64,000 bases of DNA, taken from the NCBI GenBank assembly GCA_963665115.1, contig OY762007.1, positions 3,488,001-3,552,000 of the forward strand. Direction: 5' to 3'. This DNA is from an uncultured Rivularia sp. (lineage in GTDB: Bacteria > Cyanobacteriota > Cyanobacteriia > Cyanobacteriales > Nostocaceae). Shown here in pieces: positions 55,708 to 64,000 of the stretch; the stretch's first letter is position 1, and every line of letters starts with the position of its first letter. The translations under genes and the position numbers were made by a program. Below the pieces are notes generated by a model. It was not told the origin of the DNA. It worked only from the letters and a program-made list of their open reading frames with translations, and did not search any database.

Positions 55708-57147
55708 ATGAAAGGATTACATAAACTGTTAGGAAATTCTTTTTCTTTACTTTTAAATCGCTTAGCTCAGAGTATTACAACTTTTATATTAGCTGCATCG
55801 ATTGCTAGAATTTTGGGAGCTTATGAACTGGGGCAATATATGCTTGCCTTTAGTTTTTATTATGTCTTTATGACTTTGGCTTCCCAAGGATTCAAAACAC
55901 TATTTACAAGAGAACTTGCACGAAATCCTCTAGAAACCCCATCTTATTTAGTTAGTGGTACTTTTTTACAGCTTTTATTTAGCATCATCGCTTATGCAGT
56001 AATGGTGCTTGTGGTATACACTCTTCCTTACAATCAAAATACTTCGATAGTTTGCTACATTTTAGGTTTATCTATCATCCCATTTTCTCTTTCTAACGTT
56101 ACTGAAGCTATCTTTCAAGCAGAAGAGAAGATGCACTTGATTGCTGTTAGTACGGTACCTGTTTACATTGTGCGTGTAATTGCGATTATTTGGGCTATGA
56201 ATCTGAAATATGATATTGCCACTGTTTCAGCAATCATGGTGACTTCGGAATGTTTAATATTTTTAATTGAATGGTGTCTAATAACGCAATTTGTTAAATT
56301 TGAATGGCGATTGAATTGGAAGTTTATGTTGAATACCACCAAGGCTTCTGGTTCATTTATAGTTATTGAAGGTATATCTGTCCTAGGTTATAGGCTTCAG
56401 GTTTTTATTCTTTCTTTATTAGGTGGTGAATTAGTTGTAGGACTATATGGTGCAGTTTTACAATTAATGCAGCCTTTTCAAATTATTTCTCACAGTGTTG
56501 TTTTGGCTGTCTTTCCTAAAATGTCTAAAGCCATTGACTCTGGAAAAGACAGTCAGCGTCAAATTACGCAAATCACGATAGAAATATTATTAATGGTTGC
56601 TTTACCTTTACTTCTCGGAATTGTCTTTTTTGGTAAAGAATTACTTATTCTACTCTATCACGAAGAAAGTTTTGTTGAAGCACAATTTGCTCTGAATATA
56701 TTTGCTATTGGTTTAATCTCTTCATCATTTATTAGACCACTGAGTTACTTATTAGTCGCAAATGGGTTTGAAAAAGTTAATCTTTGGCAAGTATTCATTA
56801 CCACTATCTTAAATTGTCTAATAAGTATAGTACTTGTTTCCCAATACAAGTTAAATGGTGCAGCAATCACAGTAATATTTACCGATTACGTAGCTTTATT
56901 AATTTATTATGTTGAGTCTTCTCGACGACTATTTAGATTAAATTTATGGTCTATAATTTTTCGCCCTCTGATAGTAGCTGTTTCAATGTTGCCTATTTTT
57001 ATAATTTTAGAAAAAATAGATTTAAATATTTTATCCGTTTTGATAATATCTAGTTTTATTTATTTTATAATTATTGGAGTTTTAGGACTTTATACAGTTC
57101 TATATTCAAATGATGAACGGGCAAAATTATTATTTAAAAGAAAATAA
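55708..57147 (+). CDS. wzx: Wzx-type flippase
   Basis: About 12-14 transmembrane helices; IARILG...GQY, TRELAR and VGLYGA motifs. Confidence 0.88.
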   Translation: MKGLHKLLGNSFSLLLNRLAQSITTFILAASIARILGAYELGQYMLAFSFYYVFMTLASQGFKTLFTRELARNPLETPSYLVSGTFLQLLFSIIAYAVMVLVVYTLPYNQNTSIVCYILGLSIIPFSLSNVTEAIFQAEEKMHLIAVSTVPVYIVRVIAIIWAMNLKYDIATVSAIMVTSECLIFLIEWCLITQFVKFEWRLNWKFMLNTTKASGSFIVIEGISVLGYRLQVFILSLLGGELVVGLYGAVLQLMQPFQIISHSVVLAVFPKMSKAIDSGKDSQRQITQITIEILLMVALPLLLGIVFFGKELLILLYHEESFVEAQFALNIFAIGLISSSFIRPLSYLLVANGFEKVNLWQVFITTILNCLISIVLVSQYKLNGAAITVIFTDYVALLIYYVESSRRLFRLNLWSIIFRPLIVAVSMLPIFIILEKIDLNILSVLIISSFIYFIIIGVLGLYTVLYSNDERAKLLFKRK

Positions 57148-57189
57148 GATGAACACTAATTTTTTCGCTTTTATAGAAAAGGTAAAATT

Positions 57190-58152
57190 ATGAATCCAGA
57201 AGTATCTGTAATTATTCTTGCTTACAATACTGAAGAATATGTTGCACAAGCAATAGATTCTGCATTAAGACAAACTCAAGAAAACATTGAAGTTATAGTC
57301 GTTGATGATTGCTCTACAGATAAAACCTTAGAAATTGTCAAAAGCTTTTCCGATCGCCGCGTTAAAGTTATAGCTAATCAGCAAAATCAGGGGCAAAACT
57401 TTTGTACAAATTTAGCAATAAAGGAAGCCCAAGGAAACTGGATAACTCGACTTGATTCAGATGATTGGTATGCACCCGATAGATTAGAACAACTATTAAA
57501 GATTGCCTATTCGCAAAATATAGACATGATTGCTGATGACATATATTTTATTCAAGATGGAAAAGCCGTTCCCTGGAGTACATTATTAGTTCAAAGTAAA
57601 TTCAAAATCAAGGATAACACCATAATTTCTCCCGTATCTTTTGTTGAAAAAGATGTACCTGGAATCTGGGGTTTACCTTTAGGTTTAACTAAGCCATTAA
57701 TTAAAAGAGATTTTATTATTAGACATGATATTCAAAATCAAGAAAACATTTTAATTGGTGGAGACTTTTGGTTATATCTAACTTGTTTAGCGCATGGAGC
57801 AAAGTTTTTATTAGTACCAAAACCTTACTATTTTTATCGTTCCCGTCATGGTTCATCAGTTACGCAAAGTAAAATCAAGAGAATTGAGGCATACTGTGAA
57901 GCAACAGAATATTATTTAAAACAGGATTACATTAAAAATAATCAAAAATTACTAGCTGCTTTACAGAAGCGTTTAGTTTTAATTGACAAAACTAAACCAT
58001 ATTTCCAAGTAGTGGATTCTCTAAAACAAGCGGATTATTTAAAAGCTTTAGACAAAATGAGAAATAATCCTTATTTCTTTTGTCATTTTTCTACACAATT
58101 ACCAAGAATAATACATCGTAGATTATCTTTATACTTTAATCAAATAAGTTAA
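57190..58152 (+). CDS. Glycosyltransferase family 2
   Basis: VSVII.AYN, VVDDCSTD and LDSDD motifs. Confidence 0.93.
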   Translation: MNPEVSVIILAYNTEEYVAQAIDSALRQTQENIEVIVVDDCSTDKTLEIVKSFSDRRVKVIANQQNQGQNFCTNLAIKEAQGNWITRLDSDDWYAPDRLEQLLKIAYSQNIDMIADDIYFIQDGKAVPWSTLLVQSKFKIKDNTIISPVSFVEKDVPGIWGLPLGLTKPLIKRDFIIRHDIQNQENILIGGDFWLYLTCLAHGAKFLLVPKPYYFYRSRHGSSVTQSKIKRIEAYCEATEYYLKQDYIKNNQKLLAALQKRLVLIDKTKPYFQVVDSLKQADYLKALDKMRNNPYFFCHFSTQLPRIIHRRLSLYFNQIS

Positions 58153-58215
58153 AATAAGTCTAGCTAATTATATTTTTTTAAGGTCATAATTTAATTTAGG
58201 GAATAAACAGAAAAC

Positions 58216-59322
58216 ATGAAAGTAGCTTTATTACATTTTTGCTTCTACGAATACACCGTTCAATTAGCTAACGCTTTAGCCGCCATAAATATTGATTTAA
58301 CTTTAATTCACCCCGAACAGTTAACCTCACAAATTCAAGGTTTGCTCGATCCACGAATTAAAGTAATTACTTTCAATAAATATCGCATTCGTAACCCGCG
58401 TAATTTATCCGCGATGGGTAAATTAATGAATATTCTCCGTAAAATAGAGCCTGATGTATTACACGTTCAGGAAACAAACGATCCTTGGTACGATTTTACA
58501 TTGTTGCTCAATAAAATGCCTCCCTTAGTAACGACTATTCACGATGTATTTCGTCATCCTGGAGACAAAGATAACGTTATCGGTTCGGAATATACTCGAC
58601 AGATTGCATTTTGGCGATCGCAACAGTTAATAGTTCACGCAAATTTGCTCAAAGATGCTTTGGTTGAGGAGTTTGCAGTCCCGAAACAAAGGGTATGCAT
58701 TCTTCCACATGGAGAGTTGGGAAGTTTATATCAACGATTGGCTAAAAACAATAATACAGTCAGAGAACCATATACTCTTTTGTTTTACGGGCGCATTTGG
58801 GCTTACAAAGGTTTAAGTTACCTGCTTGAAGCAATGCCATCAATAATAGAACGCTTTCCTGAAGTTAAATTGATTATTGCAGGAAAGGGAGACAAATTAA
58901 AACAATATTTTCCCGATGGCTGCGATGAAAAGCATTATGAACTTATTAATCGTTACATTCCATCAGAAGATGTTGCAGGTCTTTTTCAACGTAGTACGGC
59001 AGTAATTTTACCTTATATAGAAGCATCTCAAAGCGGTGTTGCATCTCTGGCTTATGCAATGGGTACCCCTGTTATTGCTTGTGAAATCGGTGGTTTAGCT
59101 GAAATGATTTATTCAGAGCAAGATGGATTATTAGTTCCTCCTAGAGATGCTTCTGCCTTGGCTGATGCAATTATTCGTTTGTTGAGCGATAGTAACTTAC
59201 AACATCAGATACAAACAGCAGCACTATATCGCTGTAAAGATGATTTGAACTGGTTAAATATTGCTACTCAAACTATTGAGATTTATCGTAAAGCAATTTA
59301 TCTCAAAAATACTTGTCGGTGA
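58216..59322 (+). CDS. Glycosyltransferase family 4
   Basis: TIHDV, YGRI..YKGL..L and LPY..ASQSGV...A.G.PVI. Confidence 0.93.
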   Translation: MKVALLHFCFYEYTVQLANALAAINIDLTLIHPEQLTSQIQGLLDPRIKVITFNKYRIRNPRNLSAMGKLMNILRKIEPDVLHVQETNDPWYDFTLLLNKMPPLVTTIHDVFRHPGDKDNVIGSEYTRQIAFWRSQQLIVHANLLKDALVEEFAVPKQRVCILPHGELGSLYQRLAKNNNTVREPYTLLFYGRIWAYKGLSYLLEAMPSIIERFPEVKLIIAGKGDKLKQYFPDGCDEKHYELINRYIPSEDVAGLFQRSTAVILPYIEASQSGVASLAYAMGTPVIACEIGGLAEMIYSEQDGLLVPPRDASALADAIIRLLSDSNLQHQIQTAALYRCKDDLNWLNIATQTIEIYRKAIYLKNTCR

Positions 59323-59327
59323 AATTA

Positions 59328-60611
59328 ATGAAAAAACTTTTATTATTTACCGAGGAAGCATTTACAGTTGTATCTTTACTACTTTATTCGGGAGGTCCGT
59401 TAACCGTAATTTTATCTGGTGGAGCAAACGAAGGTGATGATTCTGGAGAAACGAATACTTCTTTAATTTTAGTTTTATTCTTCTTCAATTATTTGGTAAC
59501 TCTTTTTCTACTTGTACTCAGATGGAAAAAGGTTATGCAGGTAATGAAGAAAGAAAAAATTATTTTCTTATTAGTAGGAATTGCTGTCTTTTCTTTCGTA
59601 TGGTCTTCTCTTCCTAAAAAAACTTTAACTAGAGGAATTGCCATAGTTGGAACTAGCCTGTTTGGATTATATTTAGCTTCACGCTACACCATTAAAGAAC
59701 AGTTAAAACTCTTAGGTTGGATGTATGGAATTGCTGTGATACTCAGCTTTTTATTTATCGGAGCATTACCGCAGTATGGAATTATGGGTGGGATTCATCA
59801 AGGAAAATGGCGAGGTATCTACAACCATAAAAATACTCTTGGCAAAGTTATTGTTCCAGGAATTGCCGTCTTTTTACTGTTGGCTTCTAGTTCAAAAAAA
59901 TATAGTTGGCTGTTCTGGATGGCTTTTAGTTTAGCTTTTATCCTTTTATTACGTTCCGGCTCGACAAGTTCTTTACTTAATGGAGTAACTTTAATAGCTG
60001 CATCTATATCTTTCCGAGTTTTTCGCTGGCAAGATAATCTGATGGTGCCTAGCACAATTGCAATCGGGAGTTTCGGCGCAATTTTTTATGTAGTTGTTTC
60101 CGTTGCGACAGAAGCCATCCTCAAAGCACTTGGTAAAGATACCACCCTTACTGGCCGTGGAGATATGTGGCCCTATATATTTGAAATGATCGGACAAAAA
60201 CCCATCTTAGGCTATGGATATGGTGCGTTTTGGTCTGGTCCAGATACTCCTTCTTTCTATATTTGGCGGGCAACTGGTTGGACTCCTCCTAATTCCCATA
60301 ATGGCTTTTTAGATCTGTGGTTGCAAATAGGTTTAATCGGCTTATTAATATATATATTTGGATTTTTAGCTGTAACTTTACCAAAGGCATTCTATTGGCT
60401 GCGAGCTACCAAAACATCTGATGGATTTTGGCCTTTGACATATATAACTTATATGTTTTTAGCAAATATCAGTGAAACTACCTTGATGATTCAAAACGAT
60501 CTATTTTGGGTCATTTATGTAGCAATTGCTTTTTCCGTCCAAATGCCACTAGAAACTGACAAGCCAAAGTGTATAAACGGCTTAAGTATTGTTTCTAGGA
60601 ATTATATTTAA
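59328..60611 (+). CDS. Wzy polymerase / O-antigen ligase family (ExoQ-like)
   Basis: WRGIYNHKNTLG, TLTGR..MW, PILGYGY..FW and HNGFLD motifs; multiple transmembrane helices. Confidence 0.88.
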   Translation: MKKLLLFTEEAFTVVSLLLYSGGPLTVILSGGANEGDDSGETNTSLILVLFFFNYLVTLFLLVLRWKKVMQVMKKEKIIFLLVGIAVFSFVWSSLPKKTLTRGIAIVGTSLFGLYLASRYTIKEQLKLLGWMYGIAVILSFLFIGALPQYGIMGGIHQGKWRGIYNHKNTLGKVIVPGIAVFLLLASSSKKYSWLFWMAFSLAFILLLRSGSTSSLLNGVTLIAASISFRVFRWQDNLMVPSTIAIGSFGAIFYVVVSVATEAILKALGKDTTLTGRGDMWPYIFEMIGQKPILGYGYGAFWSGPDTPSFYIWRATGWTPPNSHNGFLDLWLQIGLIGLLIYIFGFLAVTLPKAFYWLRATKTSDGFWPLTYITYMFLANISETTLMIQNDLFWVIYVAIAFSVQMPLETDKPKCINGLSIVSRNYI

Positions 60612-60714
60612 AGAATTAATATTTTAAGTATATTTTCTACAGGGTTAAAATAATATTTTTGTTAAAAAAAGAGATATATAAGACAATCAGAGCATCTTCC
60701 ATATACTATATATT

Positions 60715-63700
60715 ATGTTTAAACAAAATTTAGAATATTGGCAAAATAAACTTAGTACACTACCAGTTTTAGAACTAATCACAGATAATTTAAGAAGCTC
60801 AAATCAAAATTATCGCGTTGGCATAGAAACTTTTGTTTTCACTCAAGAACTCTGCAAATCAGTAAAAAATATTAATAAAAGTTCTGATGCCAATCTATTT
60901 ATAACATTATTAACAGCATTCAAATGCCTGCTTTATAAATATACTGTTCAAGAAGACATTATTGTTGGTTCCTATATTCCAACAACTGATAATATAGATT
61001 TCAATACATTAGCTTTCAGAAGTGGTGTATCGGGAGATATATCATTTATTGAATTATTAGAGCAAGTGAATCAAGTAGTAAGCGAGGATTTGAAATATAA
61101 GGATTTTTCTTGGAATAAACTAGTAGAAAAATTATCCGCTACAGATACTCAAAATGATTCGGGCATTTTTCAAGTAATGTTTAGCTTGCAAGATGCTCAT
61201 GGGACAAATACACCATTACCGATTAACGTTGATGAGTTTCAATCTGATTTGGCATTCTTCGTAGTTGAATCATCGGAAGGCTTGAAAGGAACTTTAGCAT
61301 ACAATCAAGAACTATTTGAACCACAAACGATCGAGCGGTTGATTGGTCATTTTGAGAATTTACTTGCTTCTGCTGTTGAGAATCCTTCATCAAAAGTCAA
61401 TGAACTACAAATATTAAGCAAAGTAGAACGCGATAAAATTTTAATTGAATGGAATCAAACAGCAATTGATTACCCAAAAGATAAATGCATTCATCAACTT
61501 TTTGAACAACAAGCAGCCAAAACACCTGATGCCTTCGCGGTAATATTCGATCGCGAGAAACTCACTTATCAAGAGTTAGATAATCGTGCAAATCAGCTTG
61601 CAAATTATCTACAAACTTTAGGAGTAAAGCCAGATACTAAGGTAGGTATTTGCATCGATCGTTGTTTAGAGATGATGGTGGGAATATTAGGAATACTCAA
61701 AGCAGGTGGCGCTTATATACCCTTAGATCCAGCTTATCCTCAAGAGCGTTTATCTCATATGTTGGATGATTCTGGGGTATCGGTTTTATTAACAAAGGAG
61801 AATTTAATATCCGAGCTACCAGAAAATAATGCTCTTCAAATTTGTTTAGATAAAGACTGGGATAATTTGATTGCTCCTCAAAGCCAACAAGCTCCCGATA
61901 GCGATGTCAAGCCAAATAATTTAGCTTATGTAATCTACACCTCTGGCTCTACTGGTAAATCGAAAGGAGTTGCGATCGAACATAATTCTCTAGTTAATTT
62001 TACGACTACAGCGACTAGAGAATATGGAATAAATAGTCAGGATCGGGTTCTGCAATTTGCATCAATTAGTTTTGATATTGCGGTAGAGGAAATGTATCCC
62101 TGCTTAACTAGTGGTGCGACTTTAATATTACGAACCGATGATTTTTTAACTAAAGGTTCCGGAATGCTGGAAAAATGTCGTGAATGGGAACTAACAGTAT
62201 TAGATTTACCTACTGCATACTGGCATCAATTAGCTTCTGATTTAGCAACCGGGGAATGGGTTGCACCTCCTTCGTTACGATTAGTAATTATCGGTGGAGA
62301 AGCGGTAATTCCAGAAAAAGTAAAAACATGGCAAACATCTTTTAAGGATAATCAATATCCAGAATTAATCAACACTTATGGGCCAACCGAAGCAACTGTA
62401 GTCGTTACTAAATGCAAGCTATCTGAGTCGATTCATTCTGAGAATGGGCTGACAGGAATGACCATAGGAAAGCCTTTTGATAACGTCAAAATCTATATTT
62501 TAGATAGTTGTTTAAATCCCGTTCCTATAGGAGTTCCTGGAGAGTTACATATTGGTGGCGTATGTTTAGCACGTGGTTATCTTAACAGACCAGAATTAAC
62601 CGCTCAAAAGTTTATTCAAGATCCATTTAATCCGGGAATGAGAATGTATAAAACCGGAGATTTAGCTCGTTTCCTCCCTGACGGTAATATTGAGTTTCTC
62701 GGACGTATCGACCATCAAGTAAAGATTCGCGGTTTTAGGATTGAGTTAGGAGAAATAGAAACCGTTCTTAACCAATATCCTGCTGTTAAAGAAGCTGTTG
62801 TTATTCCTCAAGAATACGAAGCAGGGGACAAACGTTTAATCGCTTATATCGTTCCTAGAAATGAACCACCTACAACCCAAGAATTAAAAGATTTTCTTGG
62901 AAGCAGGCTACCCGAATACATGGTACCGTCGGCGTTTGTGATTTTAGACGCTTTACCTTTAACCCCAAATGATAAAGTAGATCGTAAGGCTCTTCCCAGA
63001 CCTGATAAAACAAACCTATGTTTAGAACAAGAGTATATTTCACCTAATAACCATGTTGAGCAGAAATTAGTTATTCTTTGGGAACAAGCTTTCCGCATTC
63101 AGCCAATTGGAATTAAAGATGACTTCTTTTCCTTGGGTGGTAATTCGTTGATGGCTACATCTATGGTGGCAGAAATTGAACAGGTTTTTGATAAAAAACT
63201 TTCTCAAGGTATCTTCTTTGAAGCATCCACTATTCAAGAATTGGCTGAAATTATCTCTCAAGAAGAAGCTGTCAGCGAAAATATAATTAGAATTAATCAT
63301 AATGGTACAAGAACACCTTTATTTATCGTTGCAAACAACGGTTTTTTGTATCAGCAAATAATAGATAATTTAAATACAGAACAGCCAGTATATATCATAC
63401 AGGAACCGCTAAACAAAGCTCCAGTAATGGCATCACGCTGTATTCAGCAAATACGCGATATTCAGCCACAAGGACCTTATAATTTAATGGGTCATTCTTA
63501 TGAAGGTTTGGTTACTTACGAAATAGCCCAGCAATTATATGCAGAAAACGAACAAGTCACTTTCTTGGGTTTGCTTGATACTCCTACACCAGAAGTAGAA
63601 AATAGAGCAGAAGAAGCTAGATTATTGTTCAAACGTTGTCAACGACTAAAAGTAGTTTTAGGTTTTTCTTGGAAAGACAAAACCAGCTTTTTTAAGGAAC

Positions 63701-63972
63701 GGATAGAATACAAACTTAGCGAATCATTTCAACCTTTAATGCCAACCCTTGATAAATTCATGAATGAATACGAGATTAAACCTTTACTGGGTAAAATAAA
63801 TATTTTCGTAGCCGTATATGAGTTTTATGGACTTGAAGATGCTAATTTTGGTTGGGATAAATGGGCTACTGAAGTAGAAATATATAAAATTCCCGGTACT
63901 CATCGCTCTATGTTATTAAAGCCAGAGAATGCCAAACTGTTAGCTCAGCAACTTAGTGCTTGTTTGAAATAA
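60715..63972 (+). CDS. Stand-alone NRPS-like enzyme: partial C domain, A, PCP and TE domains
   Basis: YVIYTSGSTGKSKG, NTYGPTE, YKTGDL, GRIDHQVKIRGFRIELGEIE, PCP FFSLGGNSL and TE-like GHSYEG...PGTH. Confidence 0.92.
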   Translation: MFKQNLEYWQNKLSTLPVLELITDNLRSSNQNYRVGIETFVFTQELCKSVKNINKSSDANLFITLLTAFKCLLYKYTVQEDIIVGSYIPTTDNIDFNTLAFRSGVSGDISFIELLEQVNQVVSEDLKYKDFSWNKLVEKLSATDTQNDSGIFQVMFSLQDAHGTNTPLPINVDEFQSDLAFFVVESSEGLKGTLAYNQELFEPQTIERLIGHFENLLASAVENPSSKVNELQILSKVERDKILIEWNQTAIDYPKDKCIHQLFEQQAAKTPDAFAVIFDREKLTYQELDNRANQLANYLQTLGVKPDTKVGICIDRCLEMMVGILGILKAGGAYIPLDPAYPQERLSHMLDDSGVSVLLTKENLISELPENNALQICLDKDWDNLIAPQSQQAPDSDVKPNNLAYVIYTSGSTGKSKGVAIEHNSLVNFTTTATREYGINSQDRVLQFASISFDIAVEEMYPCLTSGATLILRTDDFLTKGSGMLEKCREWELTVLDLPTAYWHQLASDLATGEWVAPPSLRLVIIGGEAVIPEKVKTWQTSFKDNQYPELINTYGPTEATVVVTKCKLSESIHSENGLTGMTIGKPFDNVKIYILDSCLNPVPIGVPGELHIGGVCLARGYLNRPELTAQKFIQDPFNPGMRMYKTGDLARFLPDGNIEFLGRIDHQVKIRGFRIELGEIETVLNQYPAVKEAVVIPQEYEAGDKRLIAYIVPRNEPPTTQELKDFLGSRLPEYMVPSAFVILDALPLTPNDKVDRKALPRPDKTNLCLEQEYISPNNHVEQKLVILWEQAFRIQPIGIKDDFFSLGGNSLMATSMVAEIEQVFDKKLSQGIFFEASTIQELAEIISQEEAVSENIIRINHNGTRTPLFIVANNGFLYQQIIDNLNTEQPVYIIQEPLNKAPVMASRCIQQIRDIQPQGPYNLMGHSYEGLVTYEIAQQLYAENEQVTFLGLLDTPTPEVENRAEEARLLFKRCQRLKVVLGFSWKDKTSFFKERIEYKLSESFQPLMPTLDKFMNEYEIKPLLGKINIFVAVYEFYGLEDANFGWDKWATEVEIYKIPGTHRSMLLKPENAKLLAQQLSACLK

Positions 63973-64000
63973 AAGTTCTAAGCGCCGGCTTTAACCCTTT

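Overview
AT-rich chromosomal DNA from a filamentous cyanobacterium, probably heterocystous (Nostocales-like, inferred from frequent HIP1 GCGATCGC octamers, heptameric STRR repeats and the gene order). The left ~17 kb is an accessory patchwork: Ser/Thr kinases, GNATs, a two-gene cassette (a protein with two QL[S/D]LF clamp-type motifs plus DUF488), atzE/atzG-like genes, AbgT and GltS transporters, Uma2 genes and several pseudogenes. Next come modA/modBC and a Pix/Ptx-like phototaxis cluster (patA-cheY-cheW-cyanobacteriochrome MCP-cheA-second MCP). The middle holds tRNA-Leu(UAG), alr, an HNH gene, a DHH phosphoesterase, sixA, gltA, ndhAIGE-nadK, two M16 peptidases and 6S RNA next to purK. The right end is a Wzc/Wzx/GT/Wzy exopolysaccharide cluster followed by an unusual stand-alone NRPS module. 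The best candidates for something new are the clamp-motif/DUF488 cassette, the NRPS-EPS coupling, and protein-less IS200/IS605 (TnpB omega-RNA-like) remnants. Several single-base frameshifts in conserved genes look like assembly errors. All calls come from reading the sequence and recalling family motifs; no searches were run.
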